Shown here: in pieces, positions 53,801 through 64,000 of the stretch | Layout: each line of letters begins with the position of its first letter | Position numbering within the stretch: position 1 is the stretch's first letter | NCBI GenBank assembly: GCA_964016885.1 | Contig: OZ024741.1 | Span: 375,720,001-375,784,000 of the forward strand | Reading direction: 5' to 3' | DNA from: Eledone cirrhosa | Lineage: Eukaryota | DNA: 64,000 nucleotides | The notes under the pieces: generated by a model | Seen by the model: only the letters and a program-made list of their open reading frames with translations | What the model was told of the DNA's origin: nothing | The model's database searches: none | Position numbers and translations under genes: made by a program

Positions 53801-56800
53801 CAGTACACCACCAACAATACCTCTACCATGTTACACCACCAGACAAGCACAGCAGTACACCACCACCATCCCTTCAACCACAGTACACCACCATTACCTC
53901 TACCATGTTACACCACCAGACAAGCAGAGCAGTACAGCACCACCATCACTTCAACCACAGTACACCACCAATAATACCTCTACCATGTTACACCACCAGA
54001 CAAGCACAGCAGTACAGCACCACCATCACTTCAACCACAGTACACCACCAATAATACCTCTAACATGTTACACCACCAGACAAGCACAGCAGTACAGCAC
54101 CACCATCACTTCAACCACAGTACACCACCAATAATACCTCTAACATGTTACACCACCAGACAAGCACAGCAGTACACCACCACCATCACATCAACCACAG
54201 TACACCACCAACAATACCTCTACCATGTTACACCACCAGACAAGCACAGCAGTACAGCACCACCATCACTTCAACCACAGTACACCACGAACATTACCTC
54301 TACCATGTTACACCACCAGACAAGTACAGCAGTACAGCACCACCATCACTTCAACCACAGTACACCACCAACAATACCTCTAACATGTTACACCACCAGA
54401 CAAGCACAGCAGTACAGCACCACCATCACTTCAACCACAGTACACCACCAACATTACCTCTACCATGTTACACCACCAGACAAGCACAGCAGTACAGCAC
54501 CACCATCACTTCAACTACAGTACATCACCAACATTACCTCTACCATGTTACACCACCAGACAAGCACAGCAGTTCACCACCACCACCATCACTTCAACCA
54601 CAGTACACCACCAACAATACCTCTACCATGTTACACCACCAGACAAGCACAGCAGTTCACCACCACCACCATCACTTCAACCACAGTACACCACCAACAA
54701 TACCTCTACCATGTTACACCACCAGACAAGCACAGCAGTACAGCACCACCATCACTTCAACCACAGTACACCACCAACATTACCTCTAACATGTTACACC
54801 ACCAGACAAGCACAGCAGTACAGCACCACCATCACTTCAACCACAGTACACCACCATTACCTCTACCATGTTACACCACCAGACAAGCACAGCAGTACAC
54901 CACCACCATCCCTTCAACCACAGTACACCACCAACAATACCTCTACCATGTTACACCACCAGACAAGCACAGCAGTGCACCACCACCATCACTTCAACCA
55001 CAGTACACCACCAACATTACCTCTACCATGTTACACCACCAGACAAGCACAGCAGTACAGCACCGCCATCACTTCAACCACAGTACACCACCATTACCTC
55101 TACCATGTTACACCACCAGACAAGCACAGCAGTTCACCACCACCACCATCCCTTCAACCACAGTACACCACCAACATTACCTCTACCATGTTACACCACC
55201 AGACAAGCACAGCAGTGCACCACCACCATCACTTCAACCACAGTACACCACCATTACCTCTACCATGTTACACCACCAGACAAGCACAGCAGTGCACCAC
55301 CACCATCACTTCAACCACAGTACACCAACATTACCTCTACCATGTTACACCACCAGACAAGCACAGCAGTACAGCACCACCATCACTTCAACCACAGTAC
55401 ACCACCATTACCTCTACCATGTTACACCACCAGACAAGCACAGCAGTGCACCACCACCATCACTTCAACCACAGTACACCACCATTACCTCTACCATGTT
55501 ACACCACCAGACAAGCACAGCAGTACAGCACCACCATCCCTTCAACCACAGTACAGCACCAACATTACCTCTACCATGTTACACCACCAGACAAGCACAG
55601 CAGTACAGCACCACCATCCCTTCAACCACAGTACACCACCATTACCTCTACCATGTTACACCACCAGACAAGCACAGCAGTACACCACCACCATCCCTTC
55701 AACCACAGTACACCACCATTACCTCTACCATGTTACACCACCAGACAAGCACAGCAGTACAGCACCACCATCACTTCAACCACAGTACACCACCAACAAT
55801 ACCTCTACCATGTTACACCACCAGACAAGCACAGCAGTACAGCACCACCATCACTTCAACCACAGTACACCACCAATAATACCTCTAACATGTTACACCA
55901 CCAGACAAGCACAGCAGTACACCACCACCATCCCTTCAACCACAGTACACCACCAACAATACCTCTACCATGTTACACCACCAGACAAGCACAGCAGTAC
56001 AGCACCACCATCCCTTCAACCACAGTGCACCACCACCATCACTTCAACCACAGTACACCAACATTACCTCTACCATGTTACACCACCAGACAAGCACAGC
56101 AGTACAGCACCACCATCACTTCAACCACAGTACACCACCAATAATACCTCTAACATGTTACACCACCAGACAAGCACAGCAGTACACCACCACCATCCCT
56201 TCAACCACAGTACACCACCAACAATACCTCTACCATGTTACACCACCAGACAAGCACAGCAGTACAGCACCACCATCCCTTCAACCACAGTGCACCACCA
56301 CCATCACTTCAACCACAGTACACCAACATTACCTCTACCATGTTACACCACCAGACAAGCACAGCAGCACAGCACCACCATCACTTCAACCACAGTACAC
56401 CACCAACATTACCTCTACCATGTTACACCACCAGACAAGCACAGCAGTACAGCACCACCATCACTTCAACCACAGTACACCACCAATAATACCTCTACCA
56501 TGTTACACCACCAGACAAGTACAGCAGTACAGCACCACCATCACTTCAACCACAGTACACCACCAATAATACCTCTACCATGTTACACCACCAGACAAGC
56601 ACAGCAGTACAGCACCACCATCACTTCAACCACAGTACACCACCATTACCTCTACCATGTTACACCACCAGACAAGCACAGCAGTACAGCACCACCATCA
56701 CTTCAACCACAGTACACCATCATTACCTCTACCATGTTACACCACCAGACAAGCACTGCAGTACACCACCACCATCACTTCAACCACAGTACACCACCAA

Positions 56801-59690
56801 TAATACCTCTACCATGTTACACCACCAGACAAGCACAGCAGTACACCACCACCATCACTTCAACCACAGTACATCACCATTACCTCTACCATGTTACACC
56901 ACCAGACAAGCACAGCAGTACACCACCACCATCACTTCAACCACAGTACACCACCAACAATACCTCTACCATGTTACACCACTAGACAAGCACCACCATC
57001 ACTTCAACCACAGTACACCAACATTACCTCTACCATGTTACACCACCAGACAAGCACAGCAGTACAGCACCACCATCACTTCAACCACAGTACACCATCA
57101 TTACCTCTACCATGTTACACCACCAGACAAGCACAGCAGTGCACCACCACCATCACTTCAACCACAGTACACCACCAACAATACCTCTACCATGTTACAC
57201 CACCAGACAAGCACAGCAGTACACCACCACCATCACTTCAACCACAGTACACCACCATTACCTCTACCATGTTACACCACCAGACAAGCACAGCAGTACA
57301 CCACCAGACAAGCACAGCAGTACACCACCACCACCATCACTTCAACCACAGTACACCATCAAGATTACCTCTACCATGTTACACCACCAGACCATAACAA
57401 CAGAACAAGGTCAGTTAAGTGTTTAGAGAGGGATTGACTGTCATTGTAGAACTGATAACAGATAAATGATTATAGTTGTCGTGTTGTTGATGTTTAATCT
57501 CAGATCAGATCTGCCAGAAGACCTAACATCCAAGTAGATTCCAGTCATGACCATCCCATCTTTTCCTTTTCCCTCATAGTGCATCTAGAACTATATTAAC
57601 TCTTTCGTTACAATATTTCTAATGAAAGACACTGCCCGCAATTTTTAGATAATTTTGAAAATAATGAATATAAGTTAATTCGAATATAAGCTGGCCCCTT
57701 TAAAATAAAGTACCAGTAATACACTGGAATAATTGCTGGCCTTGTGCCAAAAGTAGAAACAATTATTTTATGTCTGAGAAATGGGCCAAAATCGAAACCT
57801 TGTTTACGTTGAATTTGAAGTTAGTGAAAAGCTTTAAAATATTGACCTTGAATATAAATCGACTCACTCCCCATTCTACCATATATTTTTCTGGTCACAT
57901 ATTCCTTAGCTTATATTCGAGTATATATGGTAATTTACTTTCATATTATTATTCTGGTGTTTGGAACAAAATCGTTATGGCAGGTTTTTAGATAAATAGA
58001 AACACATTTAAATAAACAACTTTGTATTGTATGAGGGTCAGCTGAAAAGTTCATCGGCTGACCAAGATATTTTCATGGAATGTGACCTAATGAAGTATGA
58101 AGTTTATTTTTCTACATCATCATCATCATTGTTTAACATCTGCTTTTCCTGCTAGAAAGGGTTGGTCAAATGAATAAATTGAGTGTATTTTATCATGGCA
58201 CCAGCATGAGAAAGCTTATGCCCTTGACAAGACTAATGAGCCTGCTCTACTCTCTTGCAGTCCACACAGCTTCCATCGGTGTTGAGGTGCTTGGATCCCA
58301 TTGGTGAATAAGCTTTCATCTTGTTGGTAAAAAAAGTCATCAACAGCAGATATGACATCATCATCATTGTAATAATGGTTCCCAGCCAAGTGTTTTTTCA
58401 TATTGGGGAACAGAGATAGTCAGATGGGGCCAAATCAAGAGAATAGTAGGACCATGTAATTTCATACCAAAAAGGTTAAATGTATCCTTTTATATTAAAC
58501 GATTGTGCATGACACAAAAGAGATTTGGCAGCTATTTCTAGCAATGAGGAGTCCCACTCTTTTGCATAGAAGTAGTAAAGTGGTGTAATGATGTAAATAT
58601 TTTAGCACCAGGAATGCTCTGATTGAGTAGACCTATGATCAAAGGCATTCCAGCCGTGACTAACCCATATTTCTTTCCAGCTTTATTGACTACATCTCTA
58701 ACATGATAAAAGACCCCCAATACACTATATAAGGTGATTGGTAAATGTTATGTCCTTATGGATAAACAAATACACTGAAACAGTGTAATAACAAAATAAT
58801 CGAAACGAACGGCAATAATCACACGTAATGGAACAATCTTTTAAGAACCAACAATCTAACACGCTAACTCGAACTGTGAACTTGAACTCCAGCTTTGACT
58901 ATCAACACACAAATTGTGGAACTAGTACCACCCTTGACTATCACTACATGAACTGTGGAACTAGTACCAAATTTCTCACTTACTCAGGCCGCTACTATTT
59001 ATATGTCGTAGCCCATCCCATTCTCGCCAGGGGAGGGGGGGGGGGCATTGTACTCTCACACAACAGTAAATGAATGAAGACAACAGAGAGTAGAGCAGGC
59101 TCATTAGTCTTGTCAAGGGCATAGCAAGCTTTCTTGTGCTGGTGCCATGATAAAATACATGCAATATACTCATTTGTCCAACCCTTCCTAGCAGGGAGAG
59201 CAGATGTTAAACAATGATGATGATGATGGTGATGGTGATGATGATGGTGATGATGGTAATATTCCATTGGGTAAAGTTGTTGGTGTGAAGAAGAGAACCC
59301 AGATATAGATACAATATAGAAGTAGAACATGTAAGTAAAATATAGTCCTCCAAACAATCTAGGAGGCCAGTAACTCAGAATAAGAACTAACTTGGACCTT
59401 GAGTAGTTGTAGTAGTAGTAATAGTCGTAGTAGTGGTGGTGGTGGTATAGTAGTAGTAGTAATGGTAGTAGTAGTGGTGGTGGTGGTGGTGGTAGTAATA
59501 GTAGTAGTAGTAGTGGTGGTGGTGGTATAGTAGTAGTAGTAACTGCAGTAGCAGCAACAGCAGTACTCATAATAGTAGTAGAAATAGTAGTAGTAGTAGT
59601 AGTACTAGTAGTAGTAGTAACAGTAGTAGTAATAATAGTAGCAACAGTAGTAGTAGTAATAGTAGTAGTAGTAGTAGCAACAGCAGCATC

Positions 59691-59722
<32 letters not shown>

Positions 59723-62575
59723 CAGTATTATTGTTTCTATTATTAGTAATAGTAGATATGACCAATCCCAAACAACTCCTTTAATTTCTTCCACTATAAT
59801 TTCCTTTAAGTGTGTGAGTTTGTGTATTACTGTCTATGGATGTGTCTGCTTGTATTCATCTGTGCATTTCTGTTTGTGTGCATGCACGTGTTTGTTTGAG
59901 TGTTTGTGTGGCAGGAGGATGCATGTATATGTGTGTGTGTGTGTGTATTCTGTCACAAGTTCTAATTTCTAGAACTGTTCCATCCTTCCCCTCCTCATCC
60001 TCCACAACATCATCATCATCATTATCATTATCATCATTATCACCATAATCATCATCATTATCACCAGCAAAGCAATGAACATGTTTCCACATGATCGTTT
60101 GACCTGCTATAAATATGATTTCTACTATAGGCACAAGGCCAGCAATATGAGGAGAAGGGAAAGTCGATTAACCCTTTAGCCTTTACATCACTCTATATTT
60201 ACTATAGCATTTTTGTGGTAAAGGTTTTATCTCACATAATATTGAATCTATGAGATTTTGATATTATTTATTTTGAGAACAATACCTTAATGTAGGTATG
60301 AGCGGCCAGTTACAGCCGGTTTGAATAGAAAGAGTTGAGAGAATTTTGGCCAGATACGGCCGGTTTAAATGCTAAAGGGTTAAATTGACCCAGTGCATTA
60401 CTGGTACTTTATTTTATCGACCCTATAAGGATGAAAGGCAAAGTTAACCTCGGCGGAATTTGAACTCAGATCATAAAGCATGGTGCCTGACATTCTATCG
60501 ATACTGACCTGCTATAAATATAGCAGCCAAATCTCCCTCAAACCACACCCATCTTAAAAACAAAAAGGATACATTGATTAATATACTCCTTGATATACTA
60601 CGCCTGAATGGAAAGACAGGGAGGTCAAGGCTGACATGGTAAATTGGAATAGGTGGCGAACTCACAGAAGTGTTGTACCATCATATGAAATGCCTTGTGG
60701 TATTTATTCCAGATCCTCATTTTTGGGGTTCAAATCCAACAGAGGACATCTTTGCCTTTCTTCTTTCATACATAATGTACCAGTTAAGAGCAGTTGATTC
60801 ATTGAGTCATCAGGGCATCAGATACCTTGCAGTATTTGTTCTGCTTTTTTGCATTCTGAGCTCCACTTGGGTGTTAGACATTGCTGGATTTAGGACAAAT
60901 GTGGCTCTATGCTAGTTAAGTTATGAGGCCCCTTACTTGGGCTATGAAGGAGGTAAAAAAGGTTTTGGCAGGAAGAGAGGCCTCCCTGGCAAACACGGCC
61001 CTGTGCTTAAGCAAACCTAAGCACAATGATAAATGAGGCACTGGTGGTAGACTTTATCAGTCACTCAGTTTAATACCTCTATCTGGTCCTCTCTTGCTAG
61101 CATTCAGACTAGGTTTATTTTTGGTGAATATCTCCCTTTCTCCCACCAGTCTAAAAAGACGCAGACAGATTTATTAGGATTTCTACCAGAAAGGTGCTGT
61201 GCAAGGATGAAGATGGCAATCTGTAACAAGGTGTGAGGCCTGTAACAGTGTCATACTGTGGGTGTAGAGAGTGTACGTGATTCCATCTATACACTACTGG
61301 TATGATCTTCCCCTGGCTCTAAAGCCTAAGCACTTAGTGTTATAGGCCTTCAGAGATGGCTGGCCATTGGGCATCTTTATCAAACAATTCTCTTCACTAA
61401 ACAATAAAAACAAATACCAACAGCAATTACATACAACAGCAACAACTTACAACAGTAACAGCAAACAACATTAAAAAGTTTAAAGTTTGTTTGAGCCCGT
61501 AGACTCTCCAGGCTGGTGCTGCTTATCCTGGTTTTCGTGGCTTGAAGCGACTGAGAGTACAAGACAGGATACCAGTCTATTGCAGGGTTAACCCCCCATT
61601 TATTGCTGGAACTCATTTTTAGCTGAGTATACTGGAGCAACGTGAAATGATGTATTTTGCTCAAGAACATAACGTACAACACAATCCGGAAATCAAACTC
61701 ATAAAAATATTATTGCATGTCCAACACCCTTACCACAAGACCACTATTCTCTTAAACAGCATTAAAAGCAAGCATACAATATTGTTTCTACTTTTGGCAC
61801 AAGGCCAACAATTATACCAGTGCATTACTGCTTTAGTTTATTGACCCCGTAAGGATGAAAGGCAAAGCTATCGTCGGCAGGATTTGAACACAAAACGTAA
61901 AGGGTTATAACTCTATGCTACAAAACATGGTGTCTGACGCTCTACCAATACTGCCAATTAACCACATACAACAAACAACAAATAAACAGAGAATAAATCC
62001 ACTAAAAACCTATGTAAACTCACCCAGCAGGACAAAATGTCAGCTACCATCCACATCTTCTTGAGGTTTGTGTCAACACCAGTTTTATTACTGATAAACT
62101 TTATGAAGTCCTAAAAAAACAAAAAAATTAAATATCAGTAAAAATTCGTTATTGTTATCGAACACACTCACAATTATACAGCATTATATATGCAATGTGA
62201 ATAAAACTTTCTTAGTATACAAGGGTCGGTCGAAAGGTTCATAGGCAAGAGTTGAAATTAATGTATGCAAGGTTTCACAGCTCTAACATTACTCCTTCAT
62301 AGTCAGCCTATGAACTTTAGTTTGCCCTTGTATATATACATATACATACATATATATAGGAAAAGAGTCAGGACCCCAACGGCTGAGCTCCAGACGTTTT
62401 GACAGCTAGATTCGAACTAAATCAGCAGTATGCTGGCTTAGTTAAGATCTAGCAGTCAAAACGGCTGGAGCTCAGCCGTCGGGGTCCTGACTATTTTCCT
62501 ATTACCCAATGATCCTAAGTATCAAGTACTCTGATGCGTTATGGTCCACCTGGTATCTTATCACACCTTTGTTTG

Positions 62576-62625
<50 letters not shown>

Positions 62626-62962
62626 CTACGAGGTTTGACTGAAAAGTTCATAGGCTGACCAAGATACTCTCACGGAATGCCCAAATGAGGTTTATCTTTA
62701 AACATAGTCCTTGGAAAGAAACAATGTAGTTATTGATAAGAAGAGTTGAAATTAATGCATGCAAGATTTCACAGCTCTAGCATCACTCCTTCATAGTCAG
62801 CTTATGAACTTTTTAGCTAGGTATCGTACACTGTTGAAAGTAAAAATAATAAACATGTCTACCAAATACCTGATTATCTGTTAGGATTTGTTTTCCAACT
62901 GTATTGAGTCTCTGTGTATAAAGGTAAGAGTAGAGTGGACATTTCCTGGCAAAACTGAGCAT
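38450..62962 (-). CDS. ACP2: Histidine acid phosphatase (lysosomal/prostatic ACP2/ACP3-like), spliced, 5' part outside window; join(complement) 62870-62962, 62024-62110, 47709-47832, 47352-47440, 42904-43096, 40836-40946, 38450-38577
   Basis: Exons join in frame at GT-AG sites: MLSFARKCPLY...DNQ|DFIKFISNKTG...WMVADILSCW|KAHNLSLPAWVNE...AKLKG|GPLLKQIITNM...KLYFYSG|HDATVSALLNTLNV...PPYAASVIVELH...VWYKN...PYQLTIP|GCSNDCPYEEFVKLT...NWDMEC. Contains the catalytic HD motif, PPYA, and the GC-x3-CP...W-x2-EC pattern of the family. The symbol is family-level; ACP2 versus ACP3 orthology is not resolved. Confidence 0.9.
38770..39150 (+). mobile_element. Degenerate RTE LINE fragment
   Basis: W-x-KFRELL-x-LL, GSETWAL, LRENLGISGIKC remnants. 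Confidence 0.7.
39631..39844. mobile_element. hAT-type non-autonomous element with 8-bp TSD
   Basis: TIRs caggaccagattta / taaatctggccttg; flanks acaccagc / ataccagc. Confidence 0.75.
40235..40615 (+). mobile_element. Truncated hAT/Charlie-like MITE
   Basis: Terminus caggggttggcaacc...ggctcgcaggccacatctggc; 3' part has a ~30-bp triplication and is cut by a SINE. Confidence 0.5.
40836..40946 (-). CDS. Acid phosphatase exon (G/CSNDCPYEEFVKLTRGSLPNNWDMECKSLHHTENKY)
   Basis: Acceptor ttctcatttgtag, donor ATG|gtatgt; 111 nt, phase 1/1; conserved C-terminal cysteines. Confidence 0.88.
41146..41582. mobile_element. Ginger-like MITE: 63-bp TIRs, TGTTA...TAACA termini, ATAT flanks
   Basis: 41146-41208 and 41520-41582 are reverse complements with one mismatch; ATAT on both sides. 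Confidence 0.8.
41690..42810 (+). mobile_element. RTE LINE fragment (RT end, Cys-rich insert, 3' end), interrupted at ~42358-42570 by an inverted RTE tail
   Basis: GLRVNLAKTKVL, NSIECTQC-x2-WVYKRCSGI, KGRLYD, HGSET, RLEKNEASML-x-WMCNV, GRP; (GAT)n tail. Confidence 0.88.
42904..43096 (-). CDS. Acid phosphatase exon with catalytic HD (HDATVSALL...PPYAASVIVELH...PYQLTIP/G)
   Basis: Acceptor tctttctctag, donor CAG|gtcagt; 193 nt, phase 0/1. Confidence 0.93.
43840..44015 (+). repeat. (GAT)n microsatellite
   Basis: Read directly. Confidence 0.95.
44686..44866 (+). repeat. (GA)n microsatellite followed by TA/CA-rich tracts to ~45110
   Basis: Read directly. Confidence 0.95.
45465..45684. mobile_element. 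piggyBac-type MITE (ATAA flanks), inverted copy of the 60172-60379 family
   Basis: ccctttaatg...gctaaaggg termini; internal sequence is the reverse complement of the 60.2-kb copy. Confidence 0.7.
46208..46986 (-). mobile_element. RTE LINE 3' fragment inserted into a SINE
   Basis: TWALCAEDIRRLERNEACMLR...LREKLGIRGI...RRLRWYGHVMRM...GRPRKTW; SINE core ccccgtaag|atgaaaggcaaag is split on either side. Confidence 0.88.
47352..47440 (-). CDS. Acid phosphatase exon (G/PLLKQIITNMDNIVTGHQKPETKLYFYSG)
   Basis: Acceptor ttttactgtag, donor GGG|gtaagt; 89 nt, phase 1/0; KL-x2-YS directly precedes the catalytic HD. Confidence 0.9.
47709..47832 (-). CDS. Acid phosphatase exon (KAHNLSLPAWVNESVLRKLQELHDNKFDLMFGSPLMAKLKG/G)
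   Basis: Acceptor atatttcag, donor GAG|gtaggt; 124 nt, phase 0/1; HNLxLPxW and LKGG motifs. Confidence 0.9.
48248..57395 (+). repeat. About 9.1-kb intronic minisatellite, 77/80/83-bp units (ACCATGTTACACCACCAGACAAGCACAGCAGTACAGCACCACCATCACTTCAACCACAGTACACCACCAACATTACCTCT), roughly 115 copies
   Basis: Read directly; lies inside phosphatase intron 47833-62023. Confidence 0.98.
58032..58450 (-). mobile_element. Mariner transposon remnant: transposase C-terminus plus TIR, interrupted by an RTE tail
   Basis: DLAPSDY...MKKHLAG...DDDVISAVDDFF-x-QQDESLFTNGI...HRW; TIR ta|tgagggtcagctgaaaagttcatcggctgacc at 58032. Confidence 0.85.
59400..59755 (+). repeat. (TAG/TGG)n low-complexity microsatellite
   Basis: Read directly. 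Confidence 0.95.
60172..60379. mobile_element. piggyBac-type MITE with TTAA TSD, inserted in a SINE
   Basis: ttaa|ccctttagc...gctaaaggg|ttaa; the uninterrupted host site aagtcgattaaattgacccagtg is at 46151. Confidence 0.88.
61483..61745 (-). mobile_element. Second SINE family (core ttgagcaa-x-a-x-ac-x3-atttcac-x-ttgctccag...ctcagct); copies also at ~31850 and ~44340
   Basis: Shared motif in three places. Confidence 0.65.
62024..62110 (-). CDS. Acid phosphatase exon (DFIKFISNKTGVDTNLKKMWMVADILSCW)
   Basis: Acceptor tttttttag, donor TGG|gtgagt; 87 nt, phase 0/0; resembles the 'TG...W-x-V-x-D-x-L-x-C' segment of ACP2/ACP3. Confidence 0.88.
62220..62330. mobile_element. Mariner-type MITE (short)
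   Basis: TA-flanked caagggtcggtcgaaaggttcataggc ... gcctatgaactttagtttgcccttg. Confidence 0.7.
62356..62502. mobile_element. 147-bp foldback/palindromic element (72-bp arms, 3-nt loop)
   Basis: ataggaaaagagtcaggacccc...tcagca gta tgctgg...ggggtcctgactattttcctat; arms pair with about 9 mismatches. Confidence 0.85.
62629..62826. mobile_element. Mariner-type MITE
   Basis: ta|cgaggtttgactgaaaagttcataggctgac ... gtcagcttatgaactttttagctaggtatcg|ta. Confidence 0.8.
62870..62962 (-). CDS. Acid phosphatase exon (MLSFARKCPLYSYLYTQRLNTVGKQILTDNQ)
   Basis: Acceptor ctatcttcag, donor CAG|gtattt; 93 nt, phase 0/0; has the CP-x-Y motif of ACP2-like proteins. Confidence 0.8.
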
Positions 62963-63014
62963 CTGAAGATAGTGATACATGGATTTGTAAATAACATCTT
63001 TCTATAGACCTTCA

Positions 63015-63622
63015 CACATCTGTTACCATAACAATACATCCAACTATTGACTATCACACATCTGTTACCATAACAATACATCTAAAAATTGACTGTCACC
63101 ATAGCAACACATTCAACTATTGACTGTCACACATCTGTTACCATAACAATACATCCAACTATTGACTATCACACATCTGTTACCATAACAATACATCCAA
63201 CTATTGACTGTACATATTTGTTACTATAGCAACACATTCAACTATTGACCGTCACATATCTGTTACCATAACAACATATTCAACTATTGTCTGTCACACA
63301 TCTGTTACCATAGCAACACATTCAACAATTGACTGTCATATTTGTTACCATAGCAACACATTCAACTATTGACCGTCACACATCTGTTACCATAACAATA
63401 CATCTAAATATTGACTGTCACATATCTGTTACCATAGCAACACATTCAACTATTGACTGTCATACATCTGTTACCACAGCAATACATCTAACTATTGACT
63501 GTGACACATCTGATAGCATAGAAATACACCCTACTTGAGGCTATCATACTTTCATTACCATAGCAACACACCCTACTATAGACTGTCATACATCTGTTAC
63601 CATAGCAACAGATCCTACTTTA
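63015..63622 (+). repeat. 42-bp minisatellite (catctgttaccata(a/g)caa(t/c)acat(c/t)caactattgactgtcaca), about 14 copies
   Basis: Read directly; in the intron 5' of the 62962 exon. Confidence 0.9.
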
Positions 63623-63659
63623 GATTCAGTTCGATAATCGTATCAACCCTTACCTATGG

Positions 63660-64000
63660 TCATGAATCTTGGTAATGATCAAAAGAATACGATCACGAAT
63701 ACAAGTGACTGAAATGGGGTTTCTCTGAAGGGTCCCTGGAGTAATATTACTCGATAGAGTGCGTAGCTCGGGGAACAGCGAGTTACTTCAGATAGAACCC
63801 CTACTTCTCCGAATTGAGAGATCACAGCTCCGATTCCATGACCATGTGGTTAGAATGTATGAGGAAAGAATCGCTAGACAGATTTTACAAGCAAAACCAA
63901 CCAGCAGGAGACCCAAGGGTAGACCCAGAGCAAGATGGTTGGATAACATCCATCAGCTCAGTTGGTCTCTTTTGGGGATCCAGTTGGAGACGGTTGCTTC
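63660..64000 (+). mobile_element. RTE-like LINE 3' fragment, runs off the window
   Basis: LLRIERSQLRFHDHVVRMYEERIARQILQAKPTSRRPKGRPRARWLDNI. Confidence 0.8.

Noticed and set aside
48248-57395. CRISPR-like array
   Set aside because: These are pure tandem repeats with no unique spacers, no cas genes, and a eukaryotic context.
48311-57437. His/Thr-rich mucin-like ORFs as annotated genes
   Set aside because: They overlap in all three frames, sit inside an intron of an antisense gene, and lack a signal peptide or unique flanking exon. Kept only as a hypothesis in findings.
58995-59794. 258-aa Thr/His-rich ORF
   Set aside because: It is composed of (TAG)n and (GAT)n microsatellites and an RTE tail.
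60900-61380. Unique-looking segment as a possible exon
   Set aside because: The minus-strand translation (KMPNGQPSLKAY...GFRARGRS...IDG) resembles a decayed LINE 3' end with stops, and there are no compatible splice sites.

Overview
This is eukaryotic, repeat-dominated genomic DNA. The SINE, RTE-LINE and microsatellite content resembles an octopus-like cephalopod genome, but the taxon is an inference. The one well-supported gene is the 3' portion of a minus-strand, intron-split histidine acid phosphatase (lysosomal/prostatic ACP2/ACP3 family). It has six in-phase GT-AG exons (62962-62870, 62110-62024, 47832-47709, 47440-47352, 43096-42904, 40946-40836) and a probable terminal exon (38577-38450). 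Its N-terminal RHGxRxP exons are not in the window and should lie to its right. The left ~30 kb is a near-identical 4,661-bp tandem duplication whose third copy runs into a ~19-kb triplet-built (GATGGT/GTT) minisatellite. A second ~9.1-kb array of 77/80/83-bp units sits inside a phosphatase intron. The rest is decayed retroelements (RTE, an R4/Dong-like RLE element, tRNA-SINEs) and non-autonomous DNA transposons (mariner, piggyBac, hAT, Ginger-like, a 147-bp foldback). The long ORFs in the supplied track come from stop-poor repeats and are not treated as genes. I found no convincing new multi-gene system. The best leads are the duplicated exon-like cassette, a chain of orphan minus-strand exons, possible alternative phosphatase C-termini, and the repeat architectures.
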